From IMG/VR virus record IMGVR_UViG_3300042539_000668, positions 4,002-68,001 of that record: 64,000 nucleotides of DNA. The stretch is one strand, 5' to 3'. The DNA comes from a virus. Positions 8,718 to 16,886 of this stretch are shown one piece after another (position 1 is the first letter of the stretch; the number at the start of each line of letters is the position of its first letter). The notes below the pieces were generated by a model. That model did no database searches and was not told the origin of the DNA. It was given only the letters and a program-made list of their open reading frames with translations. The translations under genes and the position numbers were made by a program.

Positions 8718-10345
8718 AGGTTGCTAATGTTAATTGTAACGCCAATGTTTGCAGTGGGAAGGTTTTGAGCATACACCTTCACACTCCCTGCTGCGCTGTC
8801 AGTCCTTGGTAGTATTCCAGCGGCTATAACAGTAGCTATATCGGCGTTGTTTGGGATAACGTCCACAATGGATGCTGCTGTAATGTTGGCGTTGGCCAAG
8901 TCCTGCTCGTATAGTCCGCTGACAAGCGACCATCCTGCGGTGGTAAGCGTCAGTGAGCCAACTTGAAGTATCTTCTTGCTTACGTCAAGAGCGGTTCGTG
9001 CGTTGGCAGGGGTCAGGTTCTCCCAAACGCTGCTTACCGCGTTCCAGTACAGGCCACAGGTATTGGTGGCGGGGGTTGTGATACGAACGTCATGCAACTC
9101 CTCAAGTTCAAATCCATTGAGGGGGTCTACATAGATAATACCAGCACCTCCAGCCTTCTTGATGCAGTAGCCGATACGCACCATGTGATCGGGGGCTTGG
9201 GGCTTGACGTTTGTTATGCCTCCCGGAGTGGTGGGGGATAAGTACAGAACATCGCCCTCGTTGAAGGAGTTTGTGTTGATGCTCCTGATTAGGCCGCGTG
9301 TGATGACATAACCACTTGCGTTGTTGCCTATTGTTTCGGCCACAAGTCCGATCGTCTCTGCGCTGTTGGGGTCTCCATCCGCCTGTGCGTATGCTATCTT
9401 CAGCCTTGTTCCGCTGGAGCCGTTAACCCTGACCACCTGACCTTTGGTAAAAGAGCCTCCGGTGTCGTTGTAGCACAGGACGTGCAGGTCTGTTCCCATC
9501 AGAGCAGTTACGTTACCGCCTGACAGACCAGCAGCAGGTGACCCTTCGGTGCTGTCCCATATCATGCGACCAGCAGCAGGTGCGCTCGTCGGTGTGGTGT
9601 CGAAATCAATTGCGTCCACCTGACCCAGCTTCCCGTTGTCGTCAAGCAGTACGGTGCTGTTCTGTATCAGCTTGCCTGTGGTCAGGTTGTAACGGGCAAT
9701 GGCTTCATCGGTCGCGGAAGCCGGGCCTACCACATTACCAATTCCAGTTCCTGACGTTGCTGAAGTAACGTGGCCTTTTGCGTCCACGACAACCGTTGCG
9801 TTGGTATATGTACCGGCCACAACCCCCGAGTTGTTGTGGGAGATGACCGGGTTTGCACCGCTTGTTGCCGCAATAGGAGCCGTGGCGGTGACGGATGCAA
9901 CCCCTCCACCCGTTCCATTGGTTGCTGCGGTCACCCTTCCCTTTGAGTCAACGGTGATGTTGGAATTGGTATAGCTCCCTGCAATAACAGATGTGTTTGC
10001 AAGTGTAGCCAATGCAGAACCTGAACCGGGGCCAGCGGTGACATCACCAGTTAGTTCAGTTATCCCACTAAATGGGACAGTGCCAGCTATGGCAGATATG
10101 TCCCTGACAGCCTCCGCAGCACCTTCAAAGGTGTTCTTCCACAGCCTTTGGTTGGTTACGCTGTCAAGTGGAATAGAGAACGTGTTAGAGTAGATGTCTG
10201 TAACATATACCGTGTATATGCCACCAACCAAGTTGACATTGGTAACAAACTCTTGGTATACGCGACGGATGTCAGGCCCGGAAATAGTAACGATGTTCCC
10301 AGCGTTCTCTATCGTAACCTTGTTGCTATCTACATATACCTTCAT
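8714..10345 (-). CDS. Tail/head fibre-like structural protein
   Basis: 543 aa; two AG.YTN..(I/V).VD.KG.VT.A..GT repeats and a GQVV...IGLV...GDVLYLS...PGG.T domain. Confidence 0.75.
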   Translation of the reverse strand: MKVYVDSNKVTIENAGNIVTISGPDIRRVYQEFVTNVNLVGGIYTVYVTDIYSNTFSIPLDSVTNQRLWKNTFEGAAEAVRDISAIAGTVPFSGITELTGDVTAGPGSGSALATLANTSVIAGSYTNSNITVDSKGRVTAATNGTGGGVASVTATAPIAATSGANPVISHNNSGVVAGTYTNATVVVDAKGHVTSATSGTGIGNVVGPASATDEAIARYNLTTGKLIQNSTVLLDDNGKLGQVDAIDFDTTPTSAPAAGRMIWDSTEGSPAAGLSGGNVTALMGTDLHVLCYNDTGGSFTKGQVVRVNGSSGTRLKIAYAQADGDPNSAETIGLVAETIGNNASGYVITRGLIRSINTNSFNEGDVLYLSPTTPGGITNVKPQAPDHMVRIGYCIKKAGGAGIIYVDPLNGFELEELHDVRITTPATNTCGLYWNAVSSVWENLTPANARTALDVSKKILQVGSLTLTTAGWSLVSGLYEQDLANANITAASIVDVIPNNADIATVIAAGILPRTDSAAGSVKVYAQNLPTANIGVTINISNL

Positions 10346-10592
10346 GTGTCAGTTTTTGCAGTAGTACCACCACATATCAAGAGCCATAAAGGTTACAAAT
10401 ATAACGTCGTCTTCCACCATATGAAGAGAGGACAGGGTTGTTAACTGGGGTACAAGCAAAACCCGTTCGTAGTTCTCTTACGACTCTAATCCCCTGACTC
10501 TCAAGGACAAATGTATGCCATATTGGGTGATTAAATGGGTGTGTTTTCTTTTTTTGCGCGATATTGGTACAAATTGTTTGTATCTTTGGATT

Positions 10593-10919
10593 ATGGAACA
10601 CACACACACATCTATTGAAGAGAGGATTGAGTCGATTGAGAATCGAATTGACCAACTCAACCATTTCGTTGAACAATATCTTGGGCCACTGACAGCGAAG
10701 TTGGAGAAACTCGCAGAGAGTTCAGAAGACCACGAGAGAAACCTCAAGGTCATCGTACAAGACGTTCAGATAGCCAAGGAGATGTTGAGCGAGAACGACA
10801 GGGACTTCGCTGACATCTACAAAAAACTTGCTACAATGGCACAGGTCAAGAACGACCTCGACGCTGGTCGTGCAGTAATCGTCCACGATGCAGAGGTGGT
10901 CGATGACAGCAACAATTGA
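10593..10919 (+). CDS. Coiled-coil hypothetical protein (leaderless)
   Basis: TATCTTTG 10581-10588, 4-nt gap, ATG. Confidence 0.7.
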   Translation: MEHTHTSIEERIESIENRIDQLNHFVEQYLGPLTAKLEKLAESSEDHERNLKVIVQDVQIAKEMLSENDRDFADIYKKLATMAQVKNDLDAGRAVIVHDAEVVDDSNN

Positions 10920-10998
10920 CAAGTACGTTTGTATCTGAAACGTGCTGATATTAGCACGTTACGAAGACAAAAACTCTCCCCTCATGGGGAGAAATCAG

Positions 10999-11360
10999 TT
11001 TTGCTTTATTTTGCTTTCGTTTTGCTTTTATTTTGCTTTTGCAAAAACGTGAAACCCTTGATAGAGTAGGGCTAGAGCATGACAATAGTATAAAAGCAAA
11101 ACACAAAACTTACTCAAGAAACAAGATCACGAAAAAGCAAAAAAGCATTTTGCTTTCGTTTTGCTTTTATTTTGCTTTTTTTAGACGCGTCTAAATCGCC
11201 CACAGCCCTTGATAGAGTAGGGCCACAAAGAATCCCCGCCGGGACGATTTTGCTTTTCGGCCACGACAGTATTCTCTTACTAATACTCTATATAGTAATA
11301 TATATATACTATACTAGTAAGATAGTACTAGATACTTACTTAATAAGAAAGATAGAGTAA
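10999..11360. repeat. Iteron-like array plus AT-rich element (putative replication origin)
   Basis: About 10 copies of TTTTGCTTT/AAAGCAAAA, an 18-nt direct repeat CCCTTGATAGAGTAGGGC (11055, 11206), then an AT-rich stretch at 11270-11360. Confidence 0.65.
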
Positions 11361-11409
11361 ACGTGCGCGAGGCAAAACTTTTCAGTCAACGCACACCCCG
11401 CGAAAAACA

Positions 11410-11619
11410 TCACCCCCTTGTGGCCAAAAGCCTCGCCCTCTTCTTCCGATGAGGATAGAACCCAATGTCATACCTCATCAGATTCAGATAAGCCTTCTGT
11501 AGTGGCCCAAGAAAGCTCTCCTCCAACTCCCTCACCTCCTGTGGACTACAACCCAACTCACTGGCCACCTCCTCCACAGTGTACAAACTCTCCCTCCTGC
11601 GTGTCAATCTGTTTTCCAT
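11410..11619 (-). CDS. Xre-like HTH protein (leaderless)
   Basis: LTRRRESLYTVEEVASELGCSPQEVRELE; TAACTTTG promoter 5 nt upstream. Confidence 0.65.
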   Translation of the reverse strand: MENRLTRRRESLYTVEEVASELGCSPQEVRELEESFLGPLQKAYLNLMRYDIGFYPHRKKRARLLATRG

Positions 11620-12013
11620 AAGTGCAAAGTTATGCGAAGGACACAAAACCCAATCCCTTGCATAGTGGCAAAAACGCCATAATTAAAAATCTTCGTTTTA
11701 AGCCCCTATCCCTACCCCAAATGACCCCTACCCTCAACCAATAGGAGAAAGTCGCTTAAAACGAAAATAAACAGCCAAAGAAAGGGTACCTTAAACATTC
11801 CACACCACCGCAAACCTCATGTGACCAAACAATCGTGGCCCACGGGACCAAAGAATCGTGGCCCACGGGACTGACCATAATCCAAGCCCCCCCCACCCCC
11901 ATTCTGCGGAGAAGTCACTGATACCCAGCCAGTTGCAGGGCAGAAAAGGGGACCCAAAGGTAAGACCCACCACAATGTGATCCGGCCCAGCACGGGAGGC
12001 ACCCTACCTGTTC

Positions 12014-12195
12014 CCCACCGCCACCCACCACCACCACCACGTAGTGTGATGCACCTACCACCACCACCACCAGATGGGAGGGTGCAAGGGGCAGGGTGCA
12101 GGGTGAAGGGTGCAGGTGCAGGGTGAAGGAGGGAAGAGGGAGGGTGAAGGAGGGAAGAGGGAGGGAGGGAGGAGAACAGAGGGAGGGAGGGAGGT
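12014..12195. repeat. Low-complexity (CCA)n tract followed by a polypurine GGG-tract array
   Basis: ccaccaccacc runs, then repeated GGGTGCA/GGGTGAA/GGGAGGGA units. Confidence 0.8.
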
Positions 12196-12452
12196 TGTGT
12201 GTGGTGGAGGAGGACCACCTTCACCTCCTCCTGCCCCTCTATCTGATCACCTGCCGGGTCCGTACCCGCACGTTCATACCTTGTTCCAGATCACAAGGCA
12301 GATGGGCGGGAAAATTGGCACTTTGCCTTAGAGCCACGCGGGATGCAGAGCGTTTGGATGGGTTGGGGTCGTTTGGGTGGGTTCCGAGGGGTACTTTTGG
12401 GTGCTGAACACGCTCTGCGGCCCTACAGAACCGCGACTTCCTGAAATTTTCC

Positions 12453-12622
12453 CCAGTGTTGGCGCGGGTTTCAGAGGGTCGGGGGTCAAAAGTGGGTCTT
12501 CACCCCCGTTTTGGCGATGGCAACTTTCCAGTGTTGGCGCGGGTTTGATGCCCATTTGGAACGTGTTTACTGGGCTGCATGATTTTAACATTTGGCACTT
12601 TTCCCAGTGCTGACGCGGGTTT
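12453..12622. repeat. Three spaced direct repeats CCAGTGYTGRCGCGGGTTT
   Basis: Copies at 12453, 12528 and 12604 (75-76 bp period). Confidence 0.8.
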
Positions 12623-12694
12623 CAGAGGGGTTGACAAAATTATTTTTCATCTGGGTATTGCCAGTTCGATTTGGCATCGTACACTTGCATCGTC

Positions 12695-13315
12695 AACGGC
12701 GGACGACACCGCCAGCCACAGGCCCCGAAGGGCGCACAACGTGTGGGACACCTGACATACTGATCCCCAGCAATAGCAGTATCGTTGGCCCCCCACGCGC
12801 TTCACCTTACGGGTGGAGTCGCCCTTCCGAATGGACGGCGGTCAAGCGTGTAGTGAGGAGGCGGACCTTAGCGACGACGATACGAGAATGCGGGTGGATG
12901 TTGGCCTTGGGAACCCTTGGCAACGTCCCCGCAGTCATGGCGAAAGCCCGATTGCTGCCTGCCAAGGCTCGGTTAGGAGTCTGGTACTGCGCTGGAAGGC
13001 GCGGTAGGTGAGGTTCGGGGGTAAAGGCAGCGCAACTAATGTGCGCTGAATTGTGCGATGAATATAGCGAAGAGACATTGGCAGCAATGCATCAGGGGAG
13101 GGCACTCCCCGCGCCAAGGACGCTCGGAGAGAGCGGCAATGCAAAGCGGTCAGTGATCAGTGATGGACATAGGTCGAGCGAGGCGGTGAATGCCCTGCCA
13201 TGATGGCCTCCAAAACTGCGCGATGAAAGAGTAGACGCACAAGCCAATACAGCGTGGAGGCACCAACCGAATCGGTGGTGGTGCGGTGAGGGGTTCGACT
13301 CCCTTCCCACGCTCT
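12695..13315 (+). ncRNA. Candidate large structured non-coding RNA ending in a tRNA-like domain
   Basis: No credible ORF; >12 hairpins, long-range helices, upstream TTG-N19-TACACTTG promoter-like element. Confidence 0.6.
13251..13313 (+). ncRNA. Minimal tRNA-like element 1
   Basis: AGCGTGG/CCACGCT stem plus 6-bp T-stem with TTCGACT loop. Confidence 0.6.
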
Positions 13316-13335
13316 GTTAGTGAATAATCACTAAC
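13316..13335. promoter_or_regulatory. Palindrome GTTAGTGA-ATAA-TCACTAAC (copy 1 of 5)
   Basis: Other copies at 13792, 14265, 15682 and 17311. Confidence 0.7.
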
Positions 13336-13358
13336 GTAACCAACCAACATTCAATACC

Positions 13359-13802
13359 ATGAACAACGTAGTGAAATCCGCCCAGACCGCCATCCGCAAC
13401 GCCGCCATCGAAGCAGCGGCCACAATCATCGCCGTCAAGGGCAAGTTGGCTCTTGTCATCCGCGAACAAGTGGAGATCCTTGAAGCAGAAGGGCTTCCGA
13501 AGAAGGAAATTGCAACGATCGTGCGCGAAGCATTGGAAGGCACGATCAAGCGAAATACCGTCAACGCCGCCCTCGCCAAGATGGGCATCCGCACCCGTGG
13601 AAAGCGCAGCGATGCAGGGCATCTGAAGAACGCCGACCGCCTGCTGAAGGAGTGCATGGAGCCAAAGAAGGCCCGCGCCAAGAAGGACGAGGAGGAGGGC
13701 GAAGAACAGGGCATGACCGCCGAAGAACTCGCGGAACTGCTCGCCTCCCTCGACCGCGCAGTGGTCGCTACTGCCCTGAAATTGGCAGGGATTAGTGAAT
13801 AA
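13359..13802 (+). CDS. First early gene, possible HTH DNA-binding protein
   Basis: GLPKKEIATIVREAL.GTIKRNTVNAALAKMG..TRGKRSDAG. Confidence 0.7.
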   Translation: MNNVVKSAQTAIRNAAIEAAATIIAVKGKLALVIREQVEILEAEGLPKKEIATIVREALEGTIKRNTVNAALAKMGIRTRGKRSDAGHLKNADRLLKECMEPKKARAKKDEEEGEEQGMTAEELAELLASLDRAVVATALKLAGISE

Positions 13803-13814
13803 TCACTAACGCAC

Positions 13815-13857
13815 AAGGTGGATGGTCGAAGGTGGGGTTCGATTCCCCACCCACCTT
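13815..13857 (+). ncRNA. Minimal tRNA-like element 2
   Basis: AAGGTGG/CCACCTT plus GTGGGG-TTCGATT-CCCCAC. Confidence 0.6.
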
Positions 13858-13886
13858 CAAACTCTCTAAACACAAACCTTACGACC

Positions 13887-14210
13887 ATGACAAAGCACGA
13901 AGAACTCGCAGCGTTCAACGCATTCATCAAAAGCCTGCCGCAGAACACATACCTGCGCCCGTGGCTCGCCTCCATCATGCCGGAAATCGAGCGCGAACTG
14001 CGCTGCGACATTTTCCCCGAACACACTCCCGCATCGTGGGCCGAGGCCGTGCGAAAGCAAGCGCAGGAAGAGTCGCAGCGCATCACGAACGCAGCGCATC
14101 GAGAGGCTGCGGTCATCCTTGATAATGCGCGGATGAAGGAGGAAGAGGTGGCGCAGAAGCGCCTCAAACTCCACAACGAACTGCTCCGCATGGCCAAGGG
14201 GCTGTATTGA
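13887..14210 (+). CDS. Early hypothetical protein
   Basis: 107 aa after an A/C-rich leader; helical C-terminus. Confidence 0.75.
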   Translation: MTKHEELAAFNAFIKSLPQNTYLRPWLASIMPEIERELRCDIFPEHTPASWAEAVRKQAQEESQRITNAAHREAAVILDNARMKEEEVAQKRLKLHNELLRMAKGLY

Positions 14211-14216
14211 CAAGTC

Positions 14217-14262
14217 AGGGGGCGATGGTCGCCCAGCACGGGTTCGATTCCCGTGGCCCCCT
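14217..14262 (+). ncRNA. Minimal tRNA-like element 3
   Basis: AGGGGGC/GCCCCCT plus CACGGG-TTCGATT-CCCGTG. Confidence 0.6.
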
Positions 14263-14303
14263 CTGTTAGTGAATAATCACTAACGCTAACCCAACCCAAC
14301 ATC

Positions 14304-14561
14304 ATGCAGACCGTTATCACCGCCAAGTACCGTGGACGTGCAGCCGATGGCAGCACCATCCGCAAGGGAGACCAGATCATCTACGACCGCACCACGCGCA
14401 CCGTGGTGAGCGCATCGCCGATAAAGGTGCGCGAGTTCCTCGACCGCCAGCACGATAGCTACGTGAGCCACGTCTTCAACTTCGGCGATGGCCGCGAATA
14501 CTACCGCAACAAGCGTGGACGCTGCGAAGATGCACCCTGCTGCGGCTGCTGCACCATCTAA
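14304..14561 (+). CDS. Early protein with C-terminal GRCEDAPCCGCC motif
   Basis: 85 aa with a Cys cluster at the C-terminus. Confidence 0.8.
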   Translation: MQTVITAKYRGRAADGSTIRKGDQIIYDRTTRTVVSASPIKVREFLDRQHDSYVSHVFNFGDGREYYRNKRGRCEDAPCCGCCTI

Positions 14562-14574
14562 CCTCAACACGACC

Positions 14575-14754
14575 ATGCTTACCAACATCTCCACCCGATA
14601 CTGGGCAGACCCCGCAGAGGCAGAGGCAGTAGCCGCCGATGCCAACGCAAACGACAACTGGACCTATGTGGCGGTCCACGACCCCAAGGGTACCGGGTAC
14701 TCCTACATCAAGGTGTACGACGAAAAAGGCCACTATGTCGGCACAATGTTCTAA
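14575..14754 (+). CDS. Early hypothetical protein
   Basis: 59 aa, bracketed by exact 21-nt direct repeats. Confidence 0.7.
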   Translation: MLTNISTRYWADPAEAEAVAADANANDNWTYVAVHDPKGTGYSYIKVYDEKGHYVGTMF

Positions 14755-14767
14755 CCTCAACACGACC

Positions 14768-14911
14768 ATGAACACCGAACGAATCGTCACCATGACCGAA
14801 CGAGTCATCGTACCCCTTGGCATCACCCTCGGCATCGCCCTTGCCATCGTATCGGCGTGGAAACTCACGCTGATTGCATTCGACGCTATTAACGCCCTCA
14901 ACTCCCTCTGA
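14768..14911 (+). CDS. Small membrane protein
   Basis: 47 aa with one hydrophobic helix. Confidence 0.65.
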   Translation: MNTERIVTMTERVIVPLGITLGIALAIVSAWKLTLIAFDAINALNSL

Positions 14912-14915
14912 ACCG

Positions 14916-15296
14916 ATGAAAATCCCCACCCCTCCCTACGACCTGACCGCGCCCGAACTCGCAGCGTGGCAGGAATACTACGCAATCGGCCACCGCAACG
15001 GCCACGGCATCGCTTGCCACAACGTCCCCCGCGTGGGGGACAAGATAGACCCAAGCGTGGACTACTGGGGTCTCGGCCCCAATGTCACCTTGGACAACGC
15101 CAAGGACTATCATCAGGCACTCTGCTATGCAGCAGAGGCCAACGCACGGGACTATTCGCCCTTCGAGTTCACCGCCAAGGAACTCAACGGGGAGACCCGA
15201 CTCCCTGCCGAAACGGCGTGGGATGCCTATGATTCAGGCGTGGCTGACGCAATCGGCCACGACCTCTCCTCCTACACCGACGAGGACTACCTCTAA
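14916..15296 (+). CDS. Early hypothetical protein
   Basis: 126 aa, C-ending codon bias typical of this region. Confidence 0.75.
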   Translation: MKIPTPPYDLTAPELAAWQEYYAIGHRNGHGIACHNVPRVGDKIDPSVDYWGLGPNVTLDNAKDYHQALCYAAEANARDYSPFEFTAKELNGETRLPAETAWDAYDSGVADAIGHDLSSYTDEDYL

Positions 15297-15302
15297 CATC
15301 AA

Positions 15303-15328
15303 ACGGGGGCCGCGCATCCATCACGCGG
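15303..15328 (+). other. Intergenic RNA-like motif ACGGGGG-stem-CATCC-N4-stem (copy 1 of 3)
   Basis: Other copies at 15707-15732 and 17917-17942, the last with compensatory stem changes. Confidence 0.6.
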
Positions 15329-15358
15329 ACAAACTCAACACTCAACACCCTCTGAACC

Positions 15359-15685
15359 ATGACAGTTCGCGAAATTGAACAGCAAGTGTTTCACCGAATC
15401 ATCACCGAAGCGACCGCCCACGGGTGGGAACTGCATTCCATCTATGATGGGATGGACGAATGGGTCTGCTACAGCCCTGAACACGCTTGGGAAGAGGCCA
15501 CGCAATTTGACGAGGCAACCATCCGTTTCCGCAAGCCCGGCGAACGAGGAAACAAGTGGCAGTACGCCGGAGTATTCGTTGTGTTCGGCAACAGCGGTGA
15601 CGATTTGATCACCAACTACCATGTGTCGCTGGACGCACCTATGGAGGCTGTTGACCAATGGATTGACAACACCTTCCAACCTTAG
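15359..15685 (+). CDS. Early hypothetical protein
   Basis: 108 aa. Confidence 0.75.
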   Translation: MTVREIEQQVFHRIITEATAHGWELHSIYDGMDEWVCYSPEHAWEEATQFDEATIRFRKPGERGNKWQYAGVFVVFGNSGDDLITNYHVSLDAPMEAVDQWIDNTFQP

Positions 15686-15754
15686 TGACTAATCACTAAC
15701 GATAACACGGGGGCCGCGCATCCTTCACGCGGGCAACTCAACATCAACACGACC

Positions 15755-15919
15755 ATGAAGTACCTGTTCCTCGCCCTCGCCCTGCTCATCGCCGCACCCA
15801 CCATCACCGCCAACGATGGCCCCGGCAAGAAACGCCGCTCCACCTACGGGGTTCGCAAGCAGCCCAAGAAGACCTCCTGCCGCAAGGCCAAGCGCATCCT
15901 CAACCGCCGCCATCGGTAA
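15755..15919 (+). CDS. Small exported cationic peptide
   Basis: 54 aa: signal peptide MKYLFLALALLIAAP, then a K/R-rich tail; below the track cutoff. Confidence 0.65.
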   Translation: MKYLFLALALLIAAPTITANDGPGKKRRSTYGVRKQPKKTSCRKAKRILNRRHR

Positions 15920-15982
15920 CATTTGGCAGTCTCATTTTGATTCCTACCTTTGACCCGTTCAACAACCAAACCCCAACAGACA

Positions 15983-16375
15983 ATGGACAAGCAGACCTAC
16001 ATCCTCATCGGACGCACCAACCCCTACCAAGCCCAGCGCAAGGGATGGGGCAAGCACACTCTGATTGCCGCCAACTACTACACCCTCACCCCTGAACAGG
16101 CCAGTGACCTGCTCATGTCGTACTGCTGCGCCGAGAGCGACAGCCACGTCTACAGCGACGATGACACCGCCGTGCTTTCCGGCGACGAGGTCATCTTCTC
16201 CAAGGGCGATATGGCCTACAGCGACGATGGCATCTCATGGTGGATGGTGGCGGCACAAGACCTCGACCACGCCGAAGCCAAGGCTGCTCTGCGCTACGGC
16301 CTGCCCACCTATATGGCCGAGGAGATCTACGCCAAGCACGCAGACCTCCGCCCTGAACCTGCCATCGAAGACTAA
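15983..16375 (+). CDS. Early hypothetical protein
   Basis: 130 aa; TACCTTTG promoter at ~15945. Confidence 0.75.
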   Translation: MDKQTYILIGRTNPYQAQRKGWGKHTLIAANYYTLTPEQASDLLMSYCCAESDSHVYSDDDTAVLSGDEVIFSKGDMAYSDDGISWWMVAAQDLDHAEAKAALRYGLPTYMAEEIYAKHADLRPEPAIED

Positions 16376-16384
16376 CATCCACCA

Positions 16385-16414
16385 GCCCCCGGCCATACGG
16401 GTCGGGGGCATAAC
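16385..16414 (+). other. Conserved intergenic hairpin GCCCCCGGC..GYYGGGGGC-ATAAC (copy 1 of 3)
   Basis: Other copies at 18857-18885 and 20125-20154. Confidence 0.7.
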
Positions 16415-16427
16415 AACCCCAGCACCC

Positions 16428-16799
16428 ATGAACTACAGCGCCATCTACTCCGAAGCAGCAGCAGCAGCCAACGCAGCCGAACGTGCTTGCACCCCGACCC
16501 CGATGGTGGTCGGCACTCCCTCCACCCCTTGGGGTGGCAGCATCGACCGCTCCAAGCCCACCTACTATGTGGCCGATGGCCCCTGCGGGTATGCTTGGGT
16601 CAGGATGAAGGGCAACACGCCCTTCGCCCGGTGGTGCAAGCAGCAGCGCATCACCCGCCCTGCCTACCCTACAGGGGTGAGCATCTACCCCAGCACCATG
16701 ACTCAGTCGCTGGAACGCAAGGAAGCGTGGTGCAACGCGTTCGTGGAGGTGCTGAAGAAGCACGGCATTGACGCATACGTTGACTCGCGCCTCGACTAA
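16428..16799 (+). CDS. Conserved phage hypothetical protein
   Basis: GPCGYAWV...QSLERKEA..AF..VL...GI.AY..SRLD pattern. Confidence 0.75.
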   Translation: MNYSAIYSEAAAAANAAERACTPTPMVVGTPSTPWGGSIDRSKPTYYVADGPCGYAWVRMKGNTPFARWCKQQRITRPAYPTGVSIYPSTMTQSLERKEAWCNAFVEVLKKHGIDAYVDSRLD

Positions 16800-16861
16800 C
16801 CGCCTGACGATGGCCCCGTGGCAGGGGCCGAAACCCTGCACCAGCAGGGTCGCGGAAGCCA
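16800..16861 (+). ncRNA. Type I hammerhead ribozyme
   Basis: ccgc-CUGACGA-U-ggcccc(guggca)ggggcc-GAAA-cccugc(acca)gcaggg-UC-gcgg; predicted cleavage after C16851. Confidence 0.85.
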
Positions 16862-16886
16862 AACCACCCGCACTAACACAAGTAGC

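Noticed and set aside
11817-12613. ORFs across the low-complexity and repeat zone
   Set aside because: Translations merely reflect the nucleotide repeats; no credible initiation signals.
13251-14262. Canonical tRNA genes suggested by GGTTCGA(C/T)TCC
   Set aside because: No proper D or anticodon arms, a 6-bp T-stem and no CCA; reported as tRNA-like elements instead.
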